NCBI GenBank assembly: GCA_024281055.1
Contig: JAMXLF010000092.1
Location: 1 to 36,805 of the forward strand
DNA from: Geobacteraceae bacterium
Lineage (GTDB): Bacteria; Desulfobacterota; Desulfuromonadia; Geobacterales; Geobacteraceae
Length of the DNA: 36,805 nucleotides
Direction of reading: 5' to 3'
Shown here: positions 1 through 7,779 of the stretch, in pieces
How the letters are laid out: each line of letters begins with the position of its first letter
How positions within the stretch are numbered: the first letter of the stretch is position 1
The notes under the pieces: generated by a model
Told to the model about the DNA's origin: nothing
Seen by the model: only the letters and a program-made list of their open reading frames with translations
Databases searched by the model: none
Position numbers and translations under genes: made by a program

Positions 1-1
1 C

Positions 2-427
2 ATCGGCCACTTCCGCGCCGCCGCCGAGATCTGGCGCGGCCAGAAGTTCAACCCGAACGTCCGCACCTGGATCTGCCCGCCGACCCGCATGGATCAGGCC
101 CAGCTCAAGGACGAGGCGCTCTTCTCCGTTTACAGCGCCGTGGGCGCCCGGGTCGAGATCGCCGGCTGCTCGCTCTGCATGGGTAACCAGGCCCGCGTGC
201 CCGACGGGGTGAACATGTTCTCCACCTCCACCCGTAACTTCGACGACCGGATCGGCGACGGCGCCAAGGTCTTCCTCGGTTCCGCCGAGATCGGCGCGGT
301 TATCTCGAACATCGGGAAGATCCCGACGCCGAAGGAGTACCTGGCTATTTACAAGGAGAAGATTGAGCCGAAGAAGGATTCCGTCTATAAATATCTGCAG
401 TTTGATGAGATGGCGGAGTATAAGTAA
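2..427 (+). CDS. acnB: Aconitate hydratase B (AcnB), C-terminal fragment. The 5' end is truncated by the window edge.
   Basis: The in-frame translation from position 2 reads IGHFRAAAEIWRGQKFNPNVRTWICPPTRMDQ...GCSLCMGNQARV...STSTRNF...GKIPTPKEY. This matches the conserved C-terminus of the AcnB family (E. coli AcnB ends ...CMGNQARV...TSTRNFPNRLG...GKLPTPEEY). The ORF is open to position 1 and stops at TAA 425-427. Confidence 0.85.
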   Translation: MGHFRAAAEIWRGQKFNPNVRTWICPPTRMDQAQLKDEALFSVYSAVGARVEIAGCSLCMGNQARVPDGVNMFSTSTRNFDDRIGDGAKVFLGSAEIGAVISNIGKIPTPKEYLAIYKEKIEPKKDSVYKYLQFDEMAEYK

Positions 428-476
428 TCGTGGAATGGCTTGAGGCTGAGAGGCTGAAGGCTTGATGTAAAAAGAA

Positions 477-510
477 CCCCCGCTCTGGGCTTGCCCAGGC
501 GGGGGTTTTG
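477..510 (+). terminator. Rho-independent terminator of acnB
   Basis: Imperfect GC hairpin cccccgctctgggc / gcccaggcggggg followed by TTTT (506-509), about 50 nt downstream of the acnB stop. Confidence 0.6.
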
Positions 511-528
511 TCTATAAATCCTTTATTG

Positions 529-557
529 TTGACACATTAGAATGTAATCGATTAATT
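529..557 (+). promoter_or_regulatory. Putative sigma-70 promoter for the AT-rich foreign gene
   Basis: TTGACA at 529-534, a 17-nt spacer, then TTAATT at 552-557. This is about 40 nt upstream of ATG 597. It lies in an AT-rich leader that also has aggGa SD-like purines before the start. Confidence 0.4.
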
Positions 558-596
558 GATGCCAAGTTAAAGGTCGTGGACGTGAAGGGAGCGGGT

Positions 597-2897
597 ATGA
601 GAGCAGCTGTAACTGAGTATAAAAGAGCATGGGACGCATATTGTGTACGGCCGAATAGGATTGATTTGCTGAAGAAGGTAGAGAAACTACTTGAACTAAG
701 CCTGCAGCAAAATGACCGAGTTTGTGAACTCTTTTTCCAGGCAAAAGTTAATGACATCAGAAAGAATGTTCATACCTGTCTCGAATACTATGAGCGACTA
801 ACTGCAGAATACAATGCCACGAATGAATATGATGAGCTGGTACTTCTTGGCTGGTCACACGTCAATGCTGCATCCTTATATGAGGATGAAGAAGATGCTG
901 AAATGATGATGAATCATGCTGATGCCGCAATTTCCATTGGCAGGAAACAAAACGATCCTTTATTTTGGGAAATAGAAGGCAGTGGTTATGTAAACAAAGG
1001 GAAGGCGTGGTATTATTTAGATGACTTTGATAAAGAAATAGAAGCTTACGATACTGTTATAAAGAAGTTTACCAATAAGGATAATGAAAAGATCAAACAT
1101 CTAGTATGTACTGCGATTTACTACAAAGGCCTTACTTTAAGAGAGCAATCAAAAAACAATCTTGCAATTATCGAATATGATAAAGTTTTAGAAATAGCTG
1201 TAGGCTGCAAGTATACACCAATACATATTACGTCAATTAACTGTTGGAATGAAAAAAGTGACATTTTCTTAAAGCAAGAAAAACCATTAGATGCTGTGCT
1301 TGAACTAAATCAAGTGATAGAAATATATCGTGGAAAGAAAAACGTGCAAATCAGAAAGGCTGTTGCACAAGCTCTACTAAAAAAGAGTGATATTTTAAAA
1401 AAATTAGGTAAGAGTGAAGAAAGTATAGAAATTATTAAGTCCATCAGTGTTTCAGAAAGAGACAACGAAGAGATTCAGCAACGCATTGCCTTTATCAATT
1501 CTGTTTCTGAGAATCCGGAACTAGATGTACCTCAAAGTATTGACGAAATCATTAGGGCGTTTTCACAAAAGGATAAAGACAGCTTTTTCTCAGAAATGAA
1601 GGAACGTGAGAAAAGAACACAAGCATTTTTGGGTAAAGAAAGTAACTTTAACAGAGATGACAAAGCTTGCCTTTTCTTTGACCTTAGGGAATGGAATTCA
1701 TACACACCGGCCGTTCCAGACCAGCATGAAATTGATCGTGGCGGGGGATATTTTATTAGATATAATAATCAAGGGTTGGTAATCGATCCCGGATTTGATT
1801 TTATAAAAAACTTTGGGGCAGTTGATGGAAGATTATGTGATATCGACCACATATTCATAACTCATGCACACAATGACCATACTCAAGATTTTGAATCAAT
1901 ACTTAGTTTGCTATTTCAATACAATAAACGTAACAAGACGAAAAAGGTCAACCTTTATCTAAGTCAAGGCGCAGCAAGAAAATTCTCAGGTTATTTGCCT
2001 CTTCGAGATGCTTCTTACATTGGTAGAGTGGAGGTCTTAAACCAAGGAAACAAGGAGAATCCGCAGGTAATTCATCTGGCCGGGCTTGAAGGCGCTTCTG
2101 TAACGGTTTTAAAAGCTTATCACGATGATTCAATCACTCTCGACTATTCAGTTGGTCTTGGATTTGAGCTTGAATTCCCTGACGGTATGAGACGAGTTGT
2201 TTTTACGGGTGACACTGGACTGTTTCCCTTAAAAATGAATGAGGAGGGTAAAGTCATAAGAAAAGAGAGTGGAGATCCTGCTTTAGATATTGACTCGCAA
2301 GCTACCAGAGCTATATTCAACCAATATCCAATTACTTTTCGTGAGCCTGATTTGCTTATACCTCACATCGGGTCAATCAAAGAAGATGAATTCAAATCCG
2401 ATCATCGGTCAAAACCTGGGGGAGGTACCTTCGAGGAAAGTGTATACTTCTATCCGAATCATCTTGGACTCAGAGGACTTGTTTTGCTTTTAGCTAGGAT
2501 GAAACCAAAAGTGGTTGTAGTTAGTGAATTTGGTGAAGAATTAAAAAATATTAGATTTGATCTTGTAAGGGGTATAGAAAAATTACTTCGTAGTATGACC
2601 ACTCCAATTGAGAATAGTATATGTTTAGTTCCTGGGGATGTAACAGTGGTTTTCGATATCAAAAAAATGGAATTTCTTTGCCACGATAAAAAGACTTTTA
2701 TTGGATATAATGAAATTGGATACTTGGAAGTGCCAGAACCGATAGATAGTAGATTTTACTGCAATGAGGTAAGCCGTACATATATTTTTAGGAAACCCCT
2801 TCCAACAAAGAAACAAGCACTAAATTTTGTAAAGCATTATCATATAGATGTTGAAGATTACGGTTATCCCTACAATGAGAAAGCCCCGACTCAATAA
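597..2897 (+). CDS. Large two-domain protein. It has an N-terminal alpha-helical TPR-like region and a C-terminal metallo-beta-lactamase (MBL) fold hydrolase or nuclease domain. It appears horizontally acquired.
   Basis: A 767-aa ORF from ATG 597 (listed from in-frame GTG 576, but 597 has an agggagcgggt spacer). The C-terminal half carries MBL motifs: VIDPGFD, DHIFITHAHNDH (HxHxDH), VVFTGDTG and LLIPHIGS. The N-terminal half of roughly 370 aa is helical-repeat, TPR-like sequence. The gene is conspicuously AT-rich, as in atgagagcagctgtaactgagtataaaag..., against GC-rich flanks. It lies between the acnB terminator and a REP-like repeat. Confidence 0.8.
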   Translation: MRAAVTEYKRAWDAYCVRPNRIDLLKKVEKLLELSLQQNDRVCELFFQAKVNDIRKNVHTCLEYYERLTAEYNATNEYDELVLLGWSHVNAASLYEDEEDAEMMMNHADAAISIGRKQNDPLFWEIEGSGYVNKGKAWYYLDDFDKEIEAYDTVIKKFTNKDNEKIKHLVCTAIYYKGLTLREQSKNNLAIIEYDKVLEIAVGCKYTPIHITSINCWNEKSDIFLKQEKPLDAVLELNQVIEIYRGKKNVQIRKAVAQALLKKSDILKKLGKSEESIEIIKSISVSERDNEEIQQRIAFINSVSENPELDVPQSIDEIIRAFSQKDKDSFFSEMKEREKRTQAFLGKESNFNRDDKACLFFDLREWNSYTPAVPDQHEIDRGGGYFIRYNNQGLVIDPGFDFIKNFGAVDGRLCDIDHIFITHAHNDHTQDFESILSLLFQYNKRNKTKKVNLYLSQGAARKFSGYLPLRDASYIGRVEVLNQGNKENPQVIHLAGLEGASVTVLKAYHDDSITLDYSVGLGFELEFPDGMRRVVFTGDTGLFPLKMNEEGKVIRKESGDPALDIDSQATRAIFNQYPITFREPDLLIPHIGSIKEDEFKSDHRSKPGGGTFEESVYFYPNHLGLRGLVLLLARMKPKVVVVSEFGEELKNIRFDLVRGIEKLLRSMTTPIENSICLVPGDVTVVFDIKKMEFLCHDKKTFIGYNEIGYLEVPEPIDSRFYCNEVSRTYIFRKPLPTKKQALNFVKHYHIDVEDYGYPYNEKAPTQ

Positions 2898-2980
2898 CAG
2901 TGAGTAGAAAAAAAGGGACTGGCTATTTTATAAATAATCAGCCCGTCCCCTTTGCTTGCCTTCCCCTCTTCTTTACAACC

Positions 2981-3060
2981 TTTCCGGAATTCCGGGGACA
3001 CCATACTTAATTCAAAAGGCGGCCAATCGGCCGCCTTTGACGTCGTCACAACGGAAATAT
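2981..3060. repeat. REP-like hairpin repeat, copy A. Its core is ggacaccatacNtaattcaaaaggcggccaatYggccgcctttg.
   Basis: It contains the perfect hairpin aaaggcggcc-aatc-ggccgccttt. An approximately 80-bp near-identical copy lies at 7780-7860, and a shorter related copy at 23383-23412. Confidence 0.7.
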
Positions 3061-3161
3061 GCCTGCCCCCAGCTTTTTTCTTGACCCTGCTCCAGATCAC
3101 GGTAAAATGAGCGCAGTCCCTTGAAATTGCAAGAGATTATCACTGTTGTAGAGGAGACCCG

Positions 3162-3401
3162 GTGAGTCCCACCGTATTCAGGGCAGACGGCTTCCGGTTC
3201 TATTTCTTTTCCCGCGAAGAACCGCGACTCCATATCCATATCCATGGTGAAAGCGGCGAGGCAAAGTTCTGGATCGAGCCCCGGATCGAGATGGCTCAAA
3301 ACTACGGCTTGTCGGAAAAGGACCTGGGAAGGATCGGGAAACTGATCGAGGAGCATGAGGATGACATTCGCTGTGCGTGGCGCCGACACTTCGGCGGCTG
3401 A
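3162..3401 (+). CDS. DUF4160 family small protein
   Basis: GTG start. The N-terminus MSPTVFRADGFRFYFFSREEPRLHIHIHGE...FWIEP matches the DUF4160 family pattern. It overlaps the next gene, as is typical of DUF4160/DUF2442 pairs. Confidence 0.7.
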   Translation: MSPTVFRADGFRFYFFSREEPRLHIHIHGESGEAKFWIEPRIEMAQNYGLSEKDLGRIGKLIEEHEDDIRCAWRRHFGG

Positions 3402-3891
3402 GGTCACGAACATCTCGCAGCACGGGTTCTGGCTGTTGATCGGCGACCAGGAGGCTTTTCTCCCCTTCGAGAACTTTCCCTGGTTCAGGGAAGCACCGGT
3501 GGGGAGCATCCTTCACGTGGAGCTTCAGTCGCCGGACCATCTCTACTGGCCTGAACTGGATGTGGATCTTGAGACGGAGTGCATCCTTAATCCGGATGCA
3601 TATCCGTTGGTAAGCCAAGTACATGAGAACCAGGAGCGGTATGGGCCACAGGAAAATGAGGAGAGCATAAACCGGGAAAGGATAGACGATTGCGTTCTTG
3701 CACTGCTGCAATTGACGCTGCACCTCGGTTCACGTGCTTGGAAAGGGTTTGACTTCGAAGTCTTGGATCGACTCCATGCAAAAGGCTACCTGCTCGATAC
3801 TCGGAACAAGACCAAGTCTGTTGTGCTTACGGAAGAGGGCCTTGCCCGGTCAAAGGCGCTTTTTCGGGAATTGTTTGCCAAAGTGAAATAA
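3355..3891 (+). CDS. DUF2442 domain protein with a C-terminal helical extension that is DUF6429-like
   Basis: The N-terminal region VTNISQHGFWLLIGDQEAFLPFENFPWFREAPVGSILHVEL...LYWPELDVDLE is the DUF2442 signature. The C-terminal part, IDDCVLALLQLTLHLGSRAWKGFDFEVLDRLHAKGYLLDTRNKTKSVVLTEEGLARS, resembles small DUF6429-type proteins. The exact start is uncertain: ATG 3355, ATG 3361 and GTG 3376 are all in frame. It overlaps the end of the DUF4160 gene. Confidence 0.65.
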   Translation: MRMTFAVRGADTSAAEVTNISQHGFWLLIGDQEAFLPFENFPWFREAPVGSILHVELQSPDHLYWPELDVDLETECILNPDAYPLVSQVHENQERYGPQENEESINRERIDDCVLALLQLTLHLGSRAWKGFDFEVLDRLHAKGYLLDTRNKTKSVVLTEEGLARSKALFRELFAKVK

Positions 3892-3959
3892 GTGCCCTTT
3901 CTGCCAGCTCATCAGTATCATCTCGGTCCGGCGCGCCCGCAAAGAGGAGATAGCACTGT

Positions 3960-4184
3960 ATGAAAGCTAAGGATATTGACAAGACCTTCGACGAGGGTGG
4001 CGACATCTCCGCCTATCTCGATGTGACCAGGGCGAGAAGGCCCGAACAGGAGCAAAAACGGGTCAATGTGGATTTCCCGTTATGGATGATTCAGCAGCTC
4101 GACAAGGAATCACGGCGCCTGGGTGTGCCGCGACAGGCCATCATCAAGGTATGGGTGGCAGAACGTCTGGAGAAAGCTGGGTGA
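3960..4184 (+). CDS. BrnA-like (CopG/RHH-type) antitoxin, an orphan with no adjacent BrnT
   Basis: A 74-aa protein. ...DISAYLD...RVNVDFPLWMIQQLDKESRRLGVPRQAIIKVWVAERLE matches the BrnA antitoxin family pattern. No BrnT (DUF497) ORF is found nearby. Confidence 0.65.
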   Translation: MKAKDIDKTFDEGGDISAYLDVTRARRPEQEQKRVNVDFPLWMIQQLDKESRRLGVPRQAIIKVWVAERLEKAG

Positions 4185-4214
4185 TGATGCCCGAACCGCC
4201 GCTCCTCTCCAACT

Positions 4215-4241
4215 AAAAAGCCCGCTCTCCGCGGGCTTCAT
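4215..4241. terminator. Bidirectional intrinsic terminator between convergent genes
   Basis: The hairpin aaaaagcccgc-tctcc-gcgggcttca sits between the BrnA-like gene (+) and the response regulator (-). It belongs to the Geobacter-type terminator family. Confidence 0.6.
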
Positions 4242-4266
4242 ATGTTACGCTATACTGCAAGAAAGA

Positions 4267-4659
4267 TTACGAATCCAGGTGCGGAGCGGGTAGGTTATCC
4301 CCTGCCAATGCCTTTCCCACAACGCGCAGCAACTCTTTGAGCTTGAAAGGCTTGGTTATATAGCCGCTTTGTTGTAAGCCCTGCATCTTGGCGAAATGGT
4401 CGGGAAAGTCACTGACAAATACGATCGGAATGCTTGCCACTCTCTGGATATCTTCTGCTGCCATGATCCCATTGATCCTCCCGTCGAGAATCACTTCCAT
4501 GAGCACGAGATCGGGGTGTGTTGCCCGGACTACGTCGGCCACTCCCTCGCCCGTTGCGATGGCGCCGCATACGCAGTAGCCATGTGTGGTAAGTACTGTC
4601 TGGAGTAAGGCTGTTATCGAGCTTTCATCCTCGACGATGAGAATTCGCGGTTTTTCCAT
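4267..4659 (-). CDS. Single-domain response regulator (CheY-like receiver)
   Basis: MEKPRILIVEDESSITALLQTVLTTHGYCV...DLVLMEVILDGRINGIMAAEDIQ...ITKPFKLKELL has canonical receiver motifs (DE pair, phospho-Asp context, K). I chose the ATG at 4659 (MEKPRIL) over the listed upstream ATG 4737 because of the domain boundary. Confidence 0.8.
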   Translation of the reverse strand: MEKPRILIVEDESSITALLQTVLTTHGYCVCGAIATGEGVADVVRATHPDLVLMEVILDGRINGIMAAEDIQRVASIPIVFVSDFPDHFAKMQGLQQSGYITKPFKLKELLRVVGKALAGDNLPAPHLDS

Positions 4660-4888
4660 GGTCGGCCCCGGCACGGGTTTTTTCCCACCAGCATACCGCA
4701 AAAATAGGCCAATGAGCATTACTCCGGGATTGCACAACGATTACTATTCTGACATGAAAAGGGAGATGATGGGGTCCCGGTTGCCATCTGCCGGCGAGCG
4801 ATCGATGCTGCGCCACGCATCCGTTGCCATACCGGGCGATCGTAGTAAAATAGGAACAGAGAGATGAGTTACACAAGGAGGTGTCGAC

Positions 4889-5413
4889 ATGGCAACTTCA
4901 CGCGGTATTCAGTTGGCGCAGGGAATTCGCCAGAAAGTAGCTGACCTGAAGCAGGCATGCCGGGACGTGGACGAGAGTCTGGCCGCACGCGCACCCAATG
5001 GCCGGTGGTCCCCCAAGGAGATTCTTTCCCACCTGTGTGGTCCCGAGGGCGTGGGGCACCTGCCGCTCCTCAAGGCCTTTGTTGACCGCGATATCCCGCA
5101 GCTCGCTCTCGATGCCGGGAATCCGTTCTTTACCCCGCAGCGGGCGGCCATGAGCTTCAGCGAGCTGATGGCGGAGTGCGAAGCGAACTACCAGCGGGTG
5201 GCCGGCTTCGCCGAGGAGCTGACCGAGGAGCAACTGGCACGAACAGCGCATGTTCCGGAGTTGAAAGAGTCACCGCTCGGCGAGTACCCCACGCTCGACG
5301 GGATGATCCATGGGCTGGGCGAGTTCCACATCCAGTTTCACATCGACCACATGCGCGAGATCCTGGCAGCGCTTGCGCAGAGCGAGCAGAAGGGCAGGGG
5401 GGGCAGGTCTTGA
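4889..5413 (+). CDS. DinB/YfiT-like (DinB_2, DUF664) four-helix-bundle metalloenzyme-superfamily protein
   Basis: Strong SD aaggagg 7 nt before ATG 4889. ...NGRWSPKEILSHL...GMIHGLGEFHIQFHIDHMREI is typical of the DinB_2 family. Confidence 0.75.
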   Translation: MATSRGIQLAQGIRQKVADLKQACRDVDESLAARAPNGRWSPKEILSHLCGPEGVGHLPLLKAFVDRDIPQLALDAGNPFFTPQRAAMSFSELMAECEANYQRVAGFAEELTEEQLARTAHVPELKESPLGEYPTLDGMIHGLGEFHIQFHIDHMREILAALAQSEQKGRGGRS

Positions 5414-5451
5414 AATATAAGTTTTTGTCCTTTCGCCGCTCTTCACCAACG

Positions 5452-5488
5452 AAAAAAGCCCGCCAAAAGCGGGCTTTCCTGCCTGTCC
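5452..5488 (+). terminator. Intrinsic terminator or REP of the Geobacter-type family
   Basis: aaaaaagcccgccaaaagcgggctttcctgcctgtcc, a hairpin plus a conserved tail, lies downstream of the DinB-like gene. Confidence 0.6.
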
Positions 5489-5531
5489 AAACCAGTTTAA
5501 CGCAGAGAACTTGCTAAATGGTTATGGTAAA

Positions 5532-5873
5532 CTATGCGCAGGTTACCCGCATACGTCCGATCCCACTCTTTTTTCGGTCCTTGATGACGATATCAACATC
5601 ACGGCCGAGAAGGTTAAGGAGGTGGCAGAGCTTTTCAAGCGAGAATCCCCGGAGCTTACCATGCTGAATCATGGAAACCTTCGGCTGCGGGATCCCAAGG
5701 ATCGCCGCAGCCTGTGTCTGCGAGAGATGACGTTTTTCAATTATGTTGTTGATTTTCATTGCCAGATTACTTTTTACCAGTAATTCTTCGGAATCCGGTA
5801 ATCCCAAGTCTTCGAACACATTGCCTGAAGAGGGCGTTACACTAATTTCTTCCTGTAATCCTGTCTTTTTCAT
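5532..5873 (-). CDS. higA: HigA-type HTH (XRE family) antitoxin
   Basis: ...GNVFEDLGLPDSEELLVKSNLAMKINNIIEKRHLSQTQAAAILGIPQPKVSMIQHGKLRGFSLEKLCHLLNLLGRDVDIVI is the classic HigA-like antidote pattern. It lies immediately downstream of the HigB-like toxin on the same strand. Confidence 0.8.
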   Translation of the reverse strand: MKKTGLQEEISVTPSSGNVFEDLGLPDSEELLVKSNLAMKINNIIEKRHLSQTQAAAILGIPQPKVSMIQHGKLRGFSLEKLCHLLNLLGRDVDIVIKDRKKSGIGRMRVTCA

Positions 5874-5925
5874 ATCTAAAATCCTTTTAGATGCCCCACT
5901 TGGGCCAGTAACTTTAATGGACCTT

Positions 5926-6274
5926 CTAGTTGCCTGCCAATTCTTTCGCTTTCTTGAGCCGTGCCTTGAGGACCTCGATCTCGTATTTCGGGGTTTCTAT
6001 TCCCTTCTTCGACTTTTTCTGGAAAGCGTGCAGGACGTAAACTTTATCGCCGATCTTGACGGTATACATAACCCGGTATGTGTTACCGTCGTGGTCATCG
6101 CAAATTTCAATGACCGTAGCCCCGCCGCCGATGCCTTTAAGCGGTTTGGTCTGTTGTGATTTCCCTCCTTCTTGCGCGACCCGGAGAGCATACCCCATGC
6201 TGATCCGCGTCTCTTCCGGTAAGCCTCGCAGGACTTCCAGGGAGTCACCTAAAAAAAACTACATCCTTTGCCAT
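5926..6274 (-). pseudogene. higB: HigB-like (RelE/ParE superfamily, phage-derived COG4679-type) toxin, interrupted by a frameshift in an A8/T8 homopolymer
   Basis: The listed ORF 5926..6198 (MGYALRVAQEGGKSQQTKPLKGIGGGATVIEI...VYVLHAFQKKSKKGIETPK) lacks the family N-terminus. An ATG at 6274 with a strong SD (ggaggtgaa-ATG) encodes MAKDVVFF and then stops. Removing one base from the 8-A run (plus strand 6251-6258) restores a full-length 117-aa toxin: MAKDVVFLGDSLEVLRGLPEETRISMGYALRVAQ.... Confidence 0.7.
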
Positions 6275-6470
6275 TTCACCTCCGGATTCGTCATCTCTCG
6301 CAGGTGTGTTAATCATTATACCAAAAGAGGTATGGGGTCAAGCGTAAAAAAACGTTATTGCTCCGGCAACTAAACAGAGTTGAATTCCAAGGCATGGGGT
6401 CAGGCTTTGCATTTGGTGATATAAATACGGTGTCCCGAAAGCACCCGCGACATACAAGAGGCAACTACCT

Positions 6471-6749
6471 TCAGAAGCCGCTCTTCCGTGCTGCAAACCG
6501 CTCGCGGCGCCAGATGATTTCGCCGTTTCGATAGACCTCGCACACACGGTGCAGAGGGATTGAGAGCGGTTCGCCTGCTGCATCGGTCAGTTGTAAGGAA
6601 TAGTGGTCGTTCGGATCAAAGCGCACCTGGACAAGAGGAACCAGAATAATTCGTCCTTCGACGCGATCGTAGTAGCCGACGGTGAACTCTCCCCGGCCGT
6701 ATTCCGGGTCCCAGCGGATGTGATTGAGCAGTTCGCGGATTGTTATCAT
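6471..6749 (-). CDS. DUF504/MJ1316-like domain protein (UPF0248 type)
   Basis: MITIRELLNHIRWDPEYGRGEFTVGYYDRVEGRIILVPL...LHRVCEVYRNGEIIWRRE matches the conserved pattern of the DUF504 / MJ1316 RNA 2',3'-cyclic-end recognition domain family. Confidence 0.6.
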   Translation of the reverse strand: MITIRELLNHIRWDPEYGRGEFTVGYYDRVEGRIILVPLVQVRFDPNDHYSLQLTDAAGEPLSIPLHRVCEVYRNGEIIWRRERFAARKSGF

Positions 6750-6840
6750 CGGAGTACTAAAGTCCTGTTTCCTTCAATTCGACAATTATTACGTCGGTAT
6801 CCGTATCTCCAATGTTTTCGCCGATGTGTCCGGCACCTTC

Positions 6841-7542
6841 TCAAGAGGCCCCGCCGGACGATACCGCTTTTTCCACTATCTCCTGCTCGGCTGCTACAAA
6901 GCGGACAAGTGTCGGACCTGCAGTGAATGTGTATGTCGCATTCTCTATTTTCAGTCCGAGGCTCTCCAGTCCAAGGTTCAGTTCCGCTACAATCGGTTGC
7001 AGATACTTTTCCATGTCCTTTTCCCCTTGCGGCGGAAACGGCCCTGTCAGCTGGGGAGAGCTCCTGAACAACTGCCTCTTGACTGCCAATGACAGCTTGT
7101 CCTGATAGAAGACGAAATTGTCATATGCCCGCTGCCACGCAGGCAGTTCCATGATGTAACCGAGGTTGAGTGACAGGCGGCAGGAATATAGCCCCCCCTT
7201 ATTGTCCGGGGAAAATATCTCCAGCTTATAGGGCCGATCGAGCAGGCCGAAGTGCGGCAATTCGACAATGGTCTGCCCTCGCGATACAAAATCGAACCGG
7301 TTACGAACGGTCTTCTCGGGGATAAAGAAGACCACTTTGCCATCGCGCACGACAAGCGAATTTGCGGGGATCTTGAGGCGGATCAGTCCCCTGTAGAGGA
7401 TGAGGACGCACAGGATCATGAAAATCAGTGCTGCCGTCCACTGCTCGTGCGAAAGCGTATAGACGATTCCGACCAGAAGGGGCAACAGCAACATATAGAA
7501 TATCATTCGTCCTAAAATCCGGATCATTCTCTGAGCCCACAT
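6841..7542 (-). CDS. Membrane protein with two TM helices followed by a bacterial PH-like (DUF304-type) domain and a C-terminal extension
   Basis: An N-terminal hydrophobic pair (MIFYMLLLPLLVGIVYTL / AALIFMILCVLILY) is followed by ...LVVRDGKVVFF..., typical of the bPH_2/YdbT-like architecture. It is on the same strand as, and upstream of, the DUF504 gene. Confidence 0.55.
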   Translation of the reverse strand: MWAQRMIRILGRMIFYMLLLPLLVGIVYTLSHEQWTAALIFMILCVLILYRGLIRLKIPANSLVVRDGKVVFFIPEKTVRNRFDFVSRGQTIVELPHFGLLDRPYKLEIFSPDNKGGLYSCRLSLNLGYIMELPAWQRAYDNFVFYQDKLSLAVKRQLFRSSPQLTGPFPPQGEKDMEKYLQPIVAELNLGLESLGLKIENATYTFTAGPTLVRFVAAEQEIVEKAVSSGGAS

Positions 7543-7779
7543 CGGTTACACCCCCTATTCAAGAAAACCCAACATAACGGGCAAAGCCTTGGCCAATGAT
7601 GGCATTTATTAAAGTTTACACCAATTCCGGAAAGTGAACATTGCAGCGATTTCGACTCGGTCTATTGCCGCAGCTCAATTTGTTCGACATGGCCTACAAC
7701 CATCTGATCGCCCGTCCTCGCGGTCTGAAGCCACTTGACAGCGCGCCCGCGCCCCGGCTCACTCCCCTGGAGTCACACC

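Noticed and set aside
4388-4876. Several 60-90-aa ORFs overlapping the response-regulator gene
   Set aside because: They are alternative frames of the real CheY-like gene.
6251-6258. Programmed ribosomal frameshifting at the A8 tract in higB
   Set aside because: It is possible but unsupported. No downstream stimulatory structure is evident. A homopolymer indel, real or a sequencing error, is the simpler explanation.
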